Source: the human T2T-CHM13v2.0 reference genome, Homo sapiens
Length of the DNA: 64,000 bases
Reading direction: 5' to 3' (one strand)
NCBI RefSeq assembly: GCF_009914755.1
Contig: NC_060926.1
Below, piece after piece: positions 29,065-42,617 of the stretch. The translations under genes were made by a program, and so were the position numbers. Every line of letters starts with the position of its first letter. The stretch's first letter is position 1. The notes below the pieces were generated by a model, which was not told where the DNA came from, made no database searches, and saw only the letters and a list, made by a program, of their open reading frames with translations.

Positions 29065-31270
29065 CTACGAATCACCAGTAAGGATCCCAAAGCAAGATGT
29101 AGAAAATTCAAAGTGGACCATAATGCATTAGATAAGAATAACCTGACCACAACCTTTGCTATGCAGGTTAAAGGTCCTCACCAATCACTTAGTAGAAAGA
29201 GCTGGACAGTGAGATCTGAAGCCCTGTGTATTCTTTCAAGCTTGCTGCACTTCCATTTGTAAATGTGCATGATTACTGCCTCAGGTGAGGGCTCCTCATT
29301 CTCAGCAAATCCTTTGTCATGTCCAAAATTTTTGAGTTTAACCCACCCCCCATTCCCAGATATGATGTTATATGTGAATGCCTGGGCCCAGTAAGCCTGC
29401 TTTGTAGGATCAAGATCCTTAAATCAAGACAGAGCAGCACCACTTGCTTCAGGCTGCTGTGGCTGGTTGACTGCTGTCAGGCAGGGCTGTGTGTTACTCC
29501 ACTATGCCATTTTCCTGTTTACAGAATGGTCTCTTGTGCATTATTTTGATTGATTTTTATAACAAGTCAGGAAAGGGAGCCACAGAGGTAAAATGACCCC
29601 CAGATCCCTCTTCAACTTACGTTGAACCAGTCTTTCTCTATCTTGAATGAGTAAAGATTATCTTTCCACTCTAAGTAGAATAATTCTGTAGTTATCCCCA
29701 TTCAAAAGAATTTTATTTTATTCTTTCTTGCAAGGTCCCGGCTTTCTTTTAAATCCCTTCAAGCATAAATTCAGAGTGGTTCATGACTTTTCTTAAGCAG
29801 AGCCCATTTTTCTTTAGGATGTGTCTTATCTGTATTATTTGATATATAGAAATCAGTGAGGCTAAAAAACTCAGATAACATTAATAAAAGCTTCTTAATA
29901 CGAGGAAGTAAGGAAAGCAAAAAGACAGCTCCACATACTTTTATAGATGATCTAGTCCCACCCACTCAATTCACCAATTTAGAGACTGAGGTCTGATGTC
30001 ACGTGTCAGCCAACGCCAACCCAGCACTCAACTCTCAGCACAGGGCTCCTTCCATTTCTAAAAGGGCAGGGAAACTATAAACAGCTTAGCTGGTGGCAGT
30101 AATCGATTCCACTTCCTCACATGGATTGCATCTCTGTGTGGCCGGGATGGCTGGTAAGTTTTAGGCTGTGGCTGCCTTGGACAGCACTCCTCAACCTGGC
30201 CATCTGCAAAGAAGACACAGGTGACAGTGGGCTTCCCAAGACCCCTCTGAAGACACGGCACTTCCAGACACCCCAATTGATGTAATTTGGTTGTGTCATA
30301 GGACAAAGCGGACACCCCAGTATCACTGGTATCTGGGAGATGCCCCAAACTTCTGAATGTACTGCCAGATATCTAATGAGGGTGAGTCTTCTGTAGGCAC
30401 AGGCCTGGGAAGCACTGTGCTTTAAGAAGAGCTTGTCATAATGGTAAGAACATAAGACTGGGTGTTCAAAAACTGGAATTGAATATCTGACTGCAATATA
30501 CTGGCTTTGGAGATTTGAACCTCTTACTTCATTTCTCCGAGCTTCTAACTATAGGTCAAGAAATATTTAATGAATGCCTATTTTATATGGAGGCTTAGGC
30601 TAGGCTCTTGGAACACTGCAATGAATGAGAAAGACTCAGTTTCCTCTCTTTGAAACTTACTAGTTCATCTTCGATTATCATCTACAACTTAGAAATACCT
30701 ATCTTGCTATATTATAGGAATCAATTGTGACTGTGGCTGGAGAAGCACTTTACAGTCTGCAACTCTTGCCAGTTTCATTTGGGACAGGAAACGGGGCTCA
30801 TTTATGAGCCAGTTGGCAGCTCACCCCAGCCCCTGTGTGTGTAGTTTCACTGCCTCCTCCAACCACCCTAGACAGGAGCTTCATAGAAACCGAGCCCTTG
30901 GCAGCTGTTACAGCACCTTCAGGCTCTCTCTACAGGTAAAGTAGTAGCCTTATCCCAGGTGCCCCATTTCTAGCAATGTGCCTTCTCCAGGACCCTCCCT
31001 GGAGGTGCTTTCGGTACTTCTTGCCTTACAAGAGCCAAACTCCCAGATGCATCTCCTTATTTCTGGCCTCAACTCCTTGTCCCCTTGGGTATTTCTTTCC
31101 CATTTCTTGTCCATAGAGAAGTTTATTCTGTTTATAGTGGAGGAGACAGTTTAAGGACTGCATTTCCAGCCAGAATTCATTGGATACCTTCAATATATGT
31201 AAGTCAGTTTGTCTTGAAGTCCCCATCAGTCCTCTGAGCCTTGTTCCTTCTAGAATCGTGCCCCAGGTAA

Positions 31271-31299
31271 GCCCTGGCCCTGGCCCTGGCCCTGGCCCC
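31271..31299. repeat. (CCCTGG)n hexamer repeat, G-quadruplex motif on the minus strand
   Basis: The minus strand reads ggggccagggccagggccagggccagggc (five G-tracts). Confidence 0.85.
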
Positions 31300-31340
31300 A
31301 AGAGCATGTCAATTTTCCTGCCGACTTGGTCAAGGCCAGC

Positions 31341-31822
31341 TGTGTTAGTATCCTATTGCTGCAGTAACAAATTACCAGAAAGTGGGGGGCTGAAAATGAC
31401 ACAACTATATTATCTTTTGGTTCTGCAGGTAAGAAGTCTAAAATGGGTTGGTGGAACTGCGTTCCTTCTGAATGAGCTTCTGGGTAGAATCCTTGTCCTC
31501 TTCTTTTCCAGCCCTTAGAGGCTACCTCCATTCTTCCTCTCACGGCTTCTTCCTCCATCTTCAAATCCAGCAATGTGACCTCCTTAAATCTCCATCTCTC
31601 TCTGACCTGTGCTTCCTTCTTCACATTCCTTCTCTGACACTGACTCTCCTGCCTCCCTCCTTCCCTTTTAAGGACCCCTGTGATTCCACTGGGTCAACCC
31701 AGATCATCCAAGACAATCTCATCTGCAAAGTCCCTTTTGCCCTATAAAGTAATATCTTCACAGGTTCTAGGGATCGGGGCATCTTGTTGGGGGCTGGAGG
31801 AAGCATTAATTTGCCAATACTA
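31341..31822 (-). mobile_element. MLT1D-like MaLR solo LTR (sense to ALK)
   Basis: tgtgttagtatcctattgctgcagtaacaaattacc...ttttaaggacccctgtgattccactggg...atctgcaaagtcccttttgcc. Confidence 0.8.
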
Positions 31823-33159
31823 GTTTTTATCTCTATGCTGTGATCCCTCCTCAGGCTCCTGAACCTCTAGAATCTAATCTGACAAGTTCAGCTGCTGTGA
31901 TGGGCCAGGAGTTCCTCTTTCCTTCCTCCAGAGAAAACACTAGGGTTTCTGGAGGCAATGATCCTATCTTGGCTCTGTGGTACAAAGTGTGACCTGAATC
32001 ACTGGGCTGTTTAGATTCCAGAAACCATGGCCAAACCTTAGGAGGTGGGTCTCTCTCCCTGGGCTGGTAGAGATTTCTGTGCCTCACAGGTTTTATGCCA
32101 GGTATTTGGCCATCATTTGTATTGGATATGCCTAAGCCTTGCCTTAGAGCAGGAAATGGCCTTATTGACCATCTAGTCTAAGATCTTACTTAACAGATGA
32201 GGAACTCAAGACCCAGAGAGGTAAAGTGATGCTCCTAATGGCAGAGCTGGGACCAGAGCCAGGCCTCTGCTTCCCCAGCCAGTCCTTCTTTCCTTGCTCC
32301 ACATGCTTATCTCCCTATCTCCCTGTGGGCAGACCCATGAGGTTCAGTTAGGAGGGGTTCCTTGTTCACTGGACATCTATAATCCATCCCAACACCCCAG
32401 GAAAGGCCTGTCCTGATGGGGAGGTGAACAATACTTCCCTGGAAGGTCCACCCCTGAGGCAAGCATGCCACTCATTAAGGCAACCCTTCTCAGGAGTCCA
32501 AGCTCCAGCTGCTAGTTGTATCAGAATCACATTAGATGGAAAGAATCACACATCACAACTTGTTGATGTGATTGCTCAAGGGTCCAGATCTAAGGGCCAG
32601 GGACTGTATTGCTTGAGAGACGAGTGACGTGTTTCTACAAACAGAACCAGAGAACTAATGTGGGCTTTCCTGGTGAATTCCAAAAGACGGGCAGAGATAG
32701 AAGGCCACACATCCACCCAGTGACCTTAGTATGATGAGAAATCATGCTCAAATGAAAAGCATAAGCACCCAGAGCCCTCTTGGTAAGTCTGCAGGGGCAA
32801 AAATTGAACTGAAGTGGGTGTGTTTCTGTACTCTTACTTAGATGCTGGGATTGGCCCCTGGGTATATTCCTGAGCCTGCTGCACACTTATTTTCCACATT
32901 TCCCTCTTCCTACCCTTCAAGGATAAGCCAAGCAGAAAGAGGTAGGGGGTGGGGTGCTCTGGACTTGGGAGCCCATGCCAGCTGCCAATGTGCTGTCCCT
33001 AGGCAGGCAGGCAGGAAAATAACCTGCTTGTCTGTCTGCTTGCCTACTGCATCCTAGCCAGGATTTTTGGCTAGGCTTTTTTGACTGTGGTTGTGGCACA
33101 AAATAGTTAACGTTTTTCCCCCAAAGTCTAAGATAACTCAATAGAATAGTCTCGAATGA

Positions 33160-33600
33160 TAATTTTTTATTCCTTTGTATTAAAAAAAAAGGATAGCATG
33201 TTTTATCTTATTATAAAAAATAATATATGATAATGAACTCAAATTTGGAAAATAGCAAAAGCAACAGAAGGAAATGAAAATCACTAATAATTAATTTACC
33301 TAGAAATAACTTCTGCTACTATGTTGGTATATTTCCTTACAGACTTTATCCTTATGTACATAGTTCTTTTTTTCTTTTACAAACAATTTCTACTACACAC
33401 ATTCTTTAACTTGCTTTTTGAAACCTAATAATAAGTTCCAAATATTTCCCCATATTATTCAATATTTTTACAATGTATATGTGTAATTGTGGTATAATAT
33501 TTTAGGTATACTATATTTTATTTAACTAATTCCTTATTTTAGGCATTTAAGTTATTTCTAGTTTTTCACCATCATAAACAGCACCAAGATAGTTTTTTAG
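33160..33600 (-). mobile_element. L1ME 3' end remnant
   Basis: aaataacttctgctactatgttggtatatttcctt...ttatttaactaattccttatt...ggcatttaagttatttctag. Confidence 0.55.
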
Positions 33601-35284
33601 ATAAGCCAGTAGGAAATATTGGTTGCAGCCTGCATCTTAGGCATGTCAGTTGAAATGGAAACAAGAATTTCTATAAAGATATATCTCGACTTTGGAGAGT
33701 TAGTGTTGTCAGTAGCATTCAACCAAGAAGTTCTTTCTTTCCTCTCCAAGTGATGTAGATTCTAAGAAAAGAGGATAAAGGTCTTTGAAACTTAAGAGGG
33801 AACACAGGGGCTAGAGCTGTCCGTGAGGCCTTACTGGTGAAGGAGTCCCTGGCCAGCACAGCCCATGCAATGGGAAGAGAGTGGACCAGGAGAACACTGC
33901 CCCAAAAATGCTCCTTAAAGGACTGGAAAAGGGACAGAGACATCAGGAACGTTGGGGCCAGGGTAAGATGACTTAGCAAACAAGGAAGTCTGATTCCATT
34001 TATAGAGGACAGATGTGTGGCTATATTTATTTTATCTAAAAGAGAAAAGAAAACCTTTGCTAATAAATAGTATTATACAGTTAGGCACACAAAAGTGCAT
34101 ATAATTGATGAATATAACATGGTAGGAGTACATGCTCAAAAATATTTTACCAATGGGGCATACAACAGAATAAAGTTTAGAAACCATTAACTTAAAGTAG
34201 AAACTTGGCCATGAACAGAGCAGCACAGGAAGGGAGCTCTGGGGAGCTGCAGCCTGTGAATACCTGGCAAGGGTAGTCCCAGTTTAGATCATCCGGTTTG
34301 AAACAAGTGAAAAGAAAGGAACATTGTTCTGCCCATGAGTGTGTGTCTGTGTCTGTGTGTGTGATCAGCGGTCACTCCAATTACATTTTTCTTCTATTCC
34401 AGTTTTCTTACCTCTCCTGACTGTTTCCCCAACTTCAACATTTTTCTAAAATAAGAGGTTTGCTAAAGGTTGTTCCTACAGACAAACTGAAGTGTGTAAT
34501 TATTGACTCCCATTAACGAGATGAACTTCAGGGTGGCCACTGAACCCTGTGGGCCATAAATGCCGGACTTGAAGCCTGCACTAGCACATTTCACTCTGCA
34601 GTGGTGCAGAGCAGGGACAATGGCAGCACTTTTGGGAGAAAGATCAGTGATTCTCCAGCTCTGAAGGTCGTCCGTCTCCATCTTACTGACAGCCTGTCCT
34701 CATCTATGAGGACACCTCCTACCCTTCCTCACCTAGGGAACTTGCTCTCCAGAAACAGTGGCAAACCCATACACATGTAGGTGTCAGAGGTCCCCATCAA
34801 TCAGCAAATGAAGCCTGAACTCAGAAATGGGTGGCTAATGATGAGTTTCACTGATGAAGGAGGAAATGCTGGGCAGCCCTTTATCATTCCATAGCCTATC
34901 AATACCTCAAAAGATCAAGAGTCAGAGGTGAGACTCAGAGTCAACTCAGCCACTTATTTGCAGCCTGCAGTGACTGTGGGTGCAAAGGAGCCTATATCCT
35001 GAGAGAATTTTCCCGCAAAGTCTGCACTTGCAGTTCAAAAGGTGACTCAGGTCCCTGCTACTCCTGGGATACAGTTCACTTGAGAGGTGTTCAGGGACCC
35101 TTTTAAGAACATGGCAAACTTTTGGGGTAGGGGAAGAAATTGAAGAAAGGATGAGAAATGCTGGTATGAATCTGGTCTCCTCTGAACCTGTCTAATCAGA
35201 CTTCCTGAAGGGTCTAAGAATTCACAGTCCACAGATGCATGGGATCCACATGCCAACCCAGACGCAGGGGGAGAAAAACCAAGG

Positions 35285-35743
35285 CATAGTGGGCTAAAGA
35301 GTGGCCCCCAGGGCATATGTCCAAATCCTAACCCCTGTGTACCTGTGAAGATGAACTTAATTGAAAATAGAGTATTTGCAGATGTTATCAAGCATTCCAG
35401 AATGAGATCATGCTGGACTTAAGGTGGGCCTTCAATCCGATAACACATGTCCCGTTAAGATACAGATTTCAGACAAGGACACAGGAGGTATGCCATGTGA
35501 TGACAGAGGAAGAGTTTGGAGTGAGACATCTACAAGCTAAGGAATGCCAAGGATTCCCGGCAATGCCAGAAGCTGGAGTGGGGCATGGAAAGGATTTCTC
35601 TTCAGAGCCTCCGGGAGGTACTAACCCTGCAGACATCTTGATTTCATACTCTTGGCTTCTAGAATGAGGAGAGAATGAATTTCTGTTGTTTAAGCCATCC
35701 GGTTTGTAAGAATTTGTTAAAACAGCCACAGGAAACTAATACA
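35285..35743 (+). mobile_element. MLT1C-like MaLR solo LTR
   Basis: Ends ggaaactaataca; internal caagctaaggaatgccaaggatt; perfect 5-bp TSD caagg at 35280-35284 and 35744-35748. Confidence 0.88.
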
Positions 35744-37779
35744 CAAGGGTACAACAGGAGTGCATCAAAAATTTGAATGACCCCATTCTGCTGTTGCAAT
35801 ACCCTAGTCATGTGTGAAAGCATCCTTAGCCACTCCAGGGCTCCAGGATGGTGTTTCACCATCTTTTGAAAATGAAGCCATCTTGATGAACAGAAGAACC
35901 TCAGTAGCAGTGCTGCATCCAGACCCTCCACCAAAAGCACAACAAAACAAAGCAAAAACCTGAGAGTCAGAGGACGGGGAGAGAGTTGAGCTGTTCCAGG
36001 AAGAATAGGAGCCTCCTCACTGTGGAGTCTGCTTCCATCTTTTCTGCGTGTGCCCATGAGTGAGGCCCTGGGGAGAGGGCTCTGCAGATGGGCTGAGAGT
36101 GTGTTTTCCATTTTTAAGCCAGGATTCATGCTACAGAGTAAAATCTTGCCTTACTGGAGAAGAAAAATACCTTTGACTATATTCCAAAACACCGGAAGCA
36201 GTTAGACATCAACATGGCCCCTGGCACTTCTTAAAAAGTCACAGAATGCCTCCATCTGATGGTTCTTCAAGATTTTAGTAATTTATAATATTATGTTCCA
36301 TCAAAATGATCACTTTTTATTATCTTGCTGCTCTGAATTGTATCTTCCTTATTATTCTCAGCTACAGAGGCCATAAATTAAAACCATTCAGGATTTATAC
36401 ACTTATAGTTCATTATCTTTGATTGGTATCATCTTGCTGCCTTTTTCTGGTCCTTCTATAACTGACAAGAAATATTGCAATAGCATCTAAATACTATCTG
36501 ACCCATGAATATTGAGTTAGAAAACAAACTAGTGACTACATAATACTAAAGGCAACCCATCCCCACTTCTCATCTTCACCACCAGCACCCTTTCTGCCAA
36601 AATGACCAAGAAACTGAGACTCTAAAGCTCTGGGATTAGGATTGGAATATAGGACACTGCTTGGCCATTGTGCAGAATGGACAGGTTGTTTTCTCTTCCT
36701 GAACCTTCACTTCTTTCCCTGAAGGTCAAGGGAGTTTATTACAATAGGCTGCTTCATGAGGAACAACGCTACTTCAGGGAAAGGTAGTGTTATAAATAAC
36801 TGACTACAAAAGTGATGAGAGACGCACTCCTGAAAGCTCCAAACACCTCTCAGTGCCATTACTGAAGCAGTGGATTTTCTGGGAGGGCTGGGAGGCTGAC
36901 CTCCTCATTTCCGTGACTGATCCATGCTGTGTGAGTACAGACCACTCCATTAGACCCCAGACAAATTAGCAGAAGTTTCTGACAGTGGTGAGCCTCTCTT
37001 AAGTTATGTTTGGATGTGCCCATTCATGAAAGAGCTTGGTAAAGGAGACTGGTGTATCCACAGCAGCTTTTGCTATGGTTGTTCACACCACCATCCTTAG
37101 TATTGCTAACTACTACCTGATGCTAACAGTGATGACTTTTCAGAGCAATGGAAGTTGACAACATTTACTTTAAAAAAAACAGATATTCCAATCCTGATTC
37201 ATCTAATGGGAAAGTTTCACATTCAGTGTGTGCACTGACCCTTGGGATCCAGCTTCATAAAAACTAAAGGCATTGATATGTTTCCATGCTAAAGAATGCT
37301 GAGAAGTAAAAATTTATTTATTTTCTTCCTTCCCTCCTCTCCCCCGCTTCTTTTTTGTTTTGTCATAGCACTCAGTGTATTGTGCGCATGTCAGCGATCA
37401 CAGGTGGAGGAGGAGAAACAGGTCACCAAGTGAAATGTACAATTTATTGGCACTGTTTAAAAACATTTCTTTAAAGCACAAACTTTCAAAGTTATCATGT
37501 GTGACTCAGTAACATCTGTGGAATTTACAAAGAACACAATTTCCACTTGTCCCTGTCTCTTGATCTCACTGAACTGTAATCACAGTTCCACTCCTGGAAT
37601 ATAAATTTTTAAAAAACCTGTAACGACCAAAAGAAATGTTTCTAGAGGTCAAGTGTTGGAATCTGGAGATAGTCCTAGGGGTGGCTGAATGGGAGTAAGT
37701 CTGAATGGGAGTAAGTCAACAGTATTACAAGCCCAGCTATGCCTCAGAATCATCCAAGAAACTTATGAAAAATGAAATA

Positions 37780-38920
37780 AAACAGATTTCTATGAAAATT
37801 GAAGCTGCAATGGGATGCTGTATTTAATTCACCAGACAGACAAAAAAATACAGCCTGACAATAGCAATACTGATGAGGATGTAAAGCCATGGGGAGGAAT
37901 ACCAATATATTACTAGAGGGAGTACAAATTGGTGTAACCACTTTGGAAAATAGATTGGCATTACCCAATGAAATGGAAGATGTTCTGACCCTCTCACCCA
38001 GCAATTCCACTCTTAGTTACATGCTCTAGAGCAATGGTCCCCAACCTTTTTGGCATCAAGGACTAGTTTCTTGGAAGACAATTTTTCCACGGATGGTTTT
38101 GGGATGAAACTGTTCCACCTCAGATCATCAGGCATTAGATTCTCATAAGAAGTACTCAACCTAGAACCCTTGCATGCACAGTCTGTGTGTGTGCACAGTG
38201 CACAATACGATTCACGTTTTTATAATCACAATAGGATTCATGTTCCTATAAGAATCTAATGCGGCAGCTGATCTGACAGGAGGCGGAGCTCAGGCAGTAA
38301 TGCTGGCTTGCTTGCTACTCACCTCCAGCTATGCATCCCATCCTAACAGGCCATGGACAGGTACCAGTCTTCAGCCTGGGTGTTAGGGATCCCTGTTCTA
38401 GAGAAATTCTTGAACATGTGCACCAAGAGAGATGTACAAAAATGTTTACAATTGTGTTGATGGCAATAGCAAGAACCTGGAAATAATTCAAATGTTCAAT
38501 GACGGTAGAAGAGATCAATTGTGATATTTTTATGCAAAGGATTAATATAGTACCAAAAGCAAATGAATCACAGCCACATGTATCAAAGTGAACAGATCAA
38601 AAACAATTTAATCCCATTTATATACAAGGGTGAAAACATGCAAACCTAGTCAATATGTTGTTTGGAGCTGTATACATAGGTGGTATAGCCATGAAGAAGA
38701 GCAAATAAGTGATTCACACAAAATATAGGAGAGTGGTTACCTTGGAGGGTGGGGAAAAGTTTGTGATCTAGGTGGGATACAGGAAACTCCAAAAAGACTG
38801 ATAATATTCAGATTCTTCGGCTTTTTGGTGGTGAGAATGCAAGTGTTGTTGGTTTTGCTGTAATCTCTAATCTATGCATGTATATTATATCCACTTTTTG
38901 CTAAATTTCCTAGTAAAAAT
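37780..38920 (+). mobile_element. L1ME 3' region, interrupted by MER1
   Basis: aaattggtgtaaccactttggaaaa...cccagcaattccactctt...|agaaattcttgaacatgtgcaccaag continues across the MER1 insertion. Confidence 0.7.
38032..38395 (+). mobile_element. MER1 (hAT-Charlie) non-autonomous DNA transposon
   Basis: TIRs caatggtccccaacc / gttagggatccctg; 8-bp TSD ctctagag/ttctagag fits the Charlie NTCTAGAN target preference. Confidence 0.88.
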
Positions 38921-38929
38921 GTAAAATAC

Positions 38930-39048
38930 ACAGACACGTAGTCTCCATCTCAGATCTATTGAATCAGAATCTCAGGTTATAGGATCTAGGCAGTCTTTTC
39001 TATAAGATATCCAGAAGAATTCTGATGCACTGTCAGGTTAAGAGCACT
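38930..39048. mobile_element. MER5-like DNA element fragment
   Basis: cagatctattgaatcagaatctc...attctgatgcac...ggttaagagcact. Confidence 0.55.
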
Positions 39049-39051
39049 CAC

Positions 39052-39053
<2 letters not shown>

Positions 39054-39095
<42 letters not shown>

Positions 39096-39107
39096 ACACA
39101 CACACAC
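39054..39107. repeat. (AC)~27 microsatellite with one interruption; reads (UG)n in ALK pre-mRNA
   Basis: Read directly; G interruption at 39091. Confidence 0.97.
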
Positions 39108-40011
39108 CCTACAATACCTATCACCATCCAGATAAAAGCAGCTTAAAATATAAGTCAAGGTCAACCCATCCCAAAACAGTTATAAAAACAAAAAGTCAGC
39201 CCAGGAAAGTGTATAGAAAGGAAAGTCTCTTTTGGTTCTTTGATGACAAGGTAGAGGCTGAGGTATAAGCCTGAGAGCATTAATTGTTTTTGTGCCACCT
39301 CCAATCTCCCTCATCAGCTTACCCAAGACCTGACTTGTTAGGCTCCCTAGTAGCATAAGCCTGAGATGAGATTCTCTCGAGAATCTGGCCACAGAGCAGG
39401 CTCTGGTCCTGGTCTTTCTACAAAGACAGAAGCATGATGTGGTGGAAAGTGCCCTTGTCTGGGACTCATCACAGCAAGTATTTAGACCCAGACCCACATG
39501 TACATTCTGTGTGATCTTGGGGCAGTCACTCCCCCGCTCTGAGCACTAGTTTTCTTATCTGCCCTGCCTCTCTCATTGAAATCCAATGAGACAGCGTAGG
39601 TGGGAGTGCTTTGCAAACTGAAAAAACTACCCTGAATGTCTAATAAGCCCATTGCCACTTCAGTTATTCCTTCTTCCAAAAAGCCAGGAACATAGGCTTT
39701 CAATTCTGAGTTAGTAGAGTTTTCTAGGTCCAAGACATTGGGAGTCCCAAGATTTGGCTTGGTGAGACATAAAACTAGACTAGAGCTTAGTGCCTTCATG
39801 TCTCTGTCTAAGAAACTCAGCACAATTTAACAATTTAACAGTTGCCCACTACTTTCCTCTGAGCCTACCTTTCCTAGGCCCTGATAATAAAGAAGGGGAC
39901 ATTCACAAACAGCTCAAGACCACAGGAAGCATCACAACAAGCAAATGTGTCGCCTGAGTATTTATGAACGGCTTAGAAACATTTAAGCCAGTTCTACAAT
40001 ACCTTCCAAAT

Positions 40012-40209
40012 TAGGATTGCCAGATCTGGCAGTAAAAATAAACATGCAGGACACTCAATTACATTTGAATTGTTTTGTAAAATTGGAGTAGTTCTTAGTT
40101 TAAGTGTGTTCCAACTATTGCATGAGACACACTTGTACTAAAAAATCATTTGCTGTTCATCTGAAATTCAAATTTAATGAGGTATCTTGTATTTTATCTG
40201 GCAATCCCA
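40012..40209. mobile_element. MER53 palindromic MITE (hAT)
   Basis: TIRs taggattgccagat / atctggcaatccca, internal palindrome, 8-bp TSD ttccaaat/tttcaaat. Confidence 0.85.
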
Positions 40210-40431
40210 TTTCAAATACCGATCAGCACTTTCTCCTGCAGGGAAATCTGCATGGAAGAGAGTTATGAAACCCTACTTTTATTACTTGTTAAAGAATAAA
40301 GGTTTGGGCTGATCTTGAGATGGGACTTGTCTTCCTCCCCTCCTTGCATGGCCCAAGAAGCCATGGAAAGTCACAGATATTAAAAGCAGGTTTCAAAGTA
40401 AACAGAGCAGAACAGGAGTGAAGTCTCATCA

Positions 40432-40686
<255 letters not shown>

Positions 40687-41214
40687 TCAATGGAAAAAAC
40701 CATTTCCCAAACGTGACTTTTCAGCCGCCTCCACTCCACACTAGGAGGTTGGCCTTCATCTCCCCACATCCTTTGCCCTGTCCAAGGGAGATCAGTTGTC
40801 AATACCACAGGGCTCTGTATTGGTGAAAAGGGACCTAAGAGAATAAAATGTGCTCTTTCTGTAACTCATATTACGGGAGATGTTCTCAGAGAAGGCAGGT
40901 AAAAAACAAAGCTAACTAACAGGTTGAATGGTGAGAAGCTCTGCATCTTGTGAAGTTACCTGAAGACATAGAGAGGGCCTGAGGGTGAGTGGGCAGAGCC
41001 TTCCCAAGAAACCCATGAGGGCTGAGTCCAAGTCTGGCTCTGCTTTTACCAGCCCGGTGACTCCAAGCAAGAAAACTCACCTCTCTGACCCTTAATTCCC
41101 TCACCTGTACATTAGGCTGATAATTACCACTCAAGTTTGCCGTAAGAACTGGTGGTAAAACATACTGCCTAAGAACATGTAATGTATGTGCGGCTTACAA
41201 CCTAGATGATGGGT

Positions 41215-42204
41215 CAGAGTGAACAGGCAACCTACAGAATGGGAGAAAAATTTTGCAATCTATCCACCTGACAAAGGGCTAATAACTAGAATCTACAAAG
41301 AGCTTAAACAAATTTACCAGAAAAAAAACAAACAACCCCATCAAAAAGTGGGCAAAGGATATGAACAGACATTTCTCAAAAGAAGACAGTTATGTGGCCA
41401 ACAAACATATGAAAAAAAGCTCATCATTACTGGTCATTAGAGAAATGCAAATCAAAACCACAATGAGATACCATCTCACACCAGTTAGAATGGCGATCAT
41501 TAAAAAGGAAACAGATGCTGGAGAGGATGTGGAGAAATAGAAATAGAAATGCTTTTACACTGTTGGTGGGAGTGTAAATTAGTTCAACCATTGTGGAAGA
41601 CAGGGTGGCGATTCCTCAAGGATCTAGAACCAGAAATACCATTTGACCCAGCAATCCCCAGCAATCCCCAGCAATCCCATTACTGGGTACATACCCAAAG
41701 GTTTATAAATTATTCTACTATAAACAGACATGCCTACATATGTTTACTGAGGCACTGTTCACGATAGCAAAGACTTGGAACCAACCCAAATGCCCATCAA
41801 TGATAGACTGGATAAAGAAAATGTGGCACATGTACACCATGGAATATTATGCAGCCTTAAAAACGGATGAGTTCATGTCTTTTGCACGGACATAGATGAA
41901 GCTGGAAACCATCATTCTCAGCAAACTAACACAGGAACAGAAAACCAAATACGGCATGTTCTCACTCATAAGTGGGAGTTGAACAATGAGAACACATGGA
42001 CACAGGGAGAGAAACATTACACACCAGGGCCTGTCGAGGGGTGGGGGACTAGGGAAAGAATAGCATTAGGAGAAATACATAATGTAGATGAAGGCTTGAT
42101 GGGTGCAGCAAACCACCATGGCACGTGTATACCTATGTAACAAACCTGCATGTTCGCACATGTATCCAAGAACTTAAAGGATTAAAAAAAAAAAAAAAAA
42201 AAAA
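41215..42204 (+). mobile_element. 5'-truncated L1PA7/8-like LINE-1 (~1 kb)
   Basis: ORF2 C-terminal remnants ([23 protein letters not shown]), 3' UTR and an A21 tail at 42184-42204. Confidence 0.92.
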
Positions 42205-42617
42205 GAATTCCAGATGGCCTAGGAACTTCAGCATGCTTTGCAGAGGAGGATAAGGCCTGCACAAAACCAGAGCAAACCAGAACCAGTGGCCCCTGTCACC
42301 TTTAGATCATTAGCGTATCATTATAATGCAAAAGTCCCCACCCATAGAAGAGAATCACTGCCACTTTCTGCACACGTGTCGTATGAAGAGCATGTTCCTG
42401 ATCTGCACCTGCGTGTCTGAAGTTCTTCCCAACACAAGCTTACATAGCCCCTGACCCACGTCTAACCCTGTAACATTCCCCAGCTTCCCACTGCTCTGGG
42501 AGAAGCTGTCTTTAGAGCAAGTGCTCTCTCCTTCTCCATGCCTGGCCAGAAATAAAACCTGCTTGCCCTTTTCCCTAAAAAAAAAAAAAAAATAAAATAA
42601 ATAAAAACAATAAAAAA
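42205..42617 (+). mobile_element. L1 3'-transduced segment (372 nt, LTR-like) with second poly(A) tail
   Basis: AATAAA at 42551-42556, tail from 42577; TSD cctagatgatgggt (41201-41214) / cctaggtgatgggt (42619-42632) encloses both the L1 and this segment. Confidence 0.87.

Noticed and set aside
40012-40209. MER53 hairpin as a miR-1302-type microRNA
   Set aside because: MER53 is the known source of that family, but this copy's arms are diverged and I cannot show a matching mature sequence or expression.
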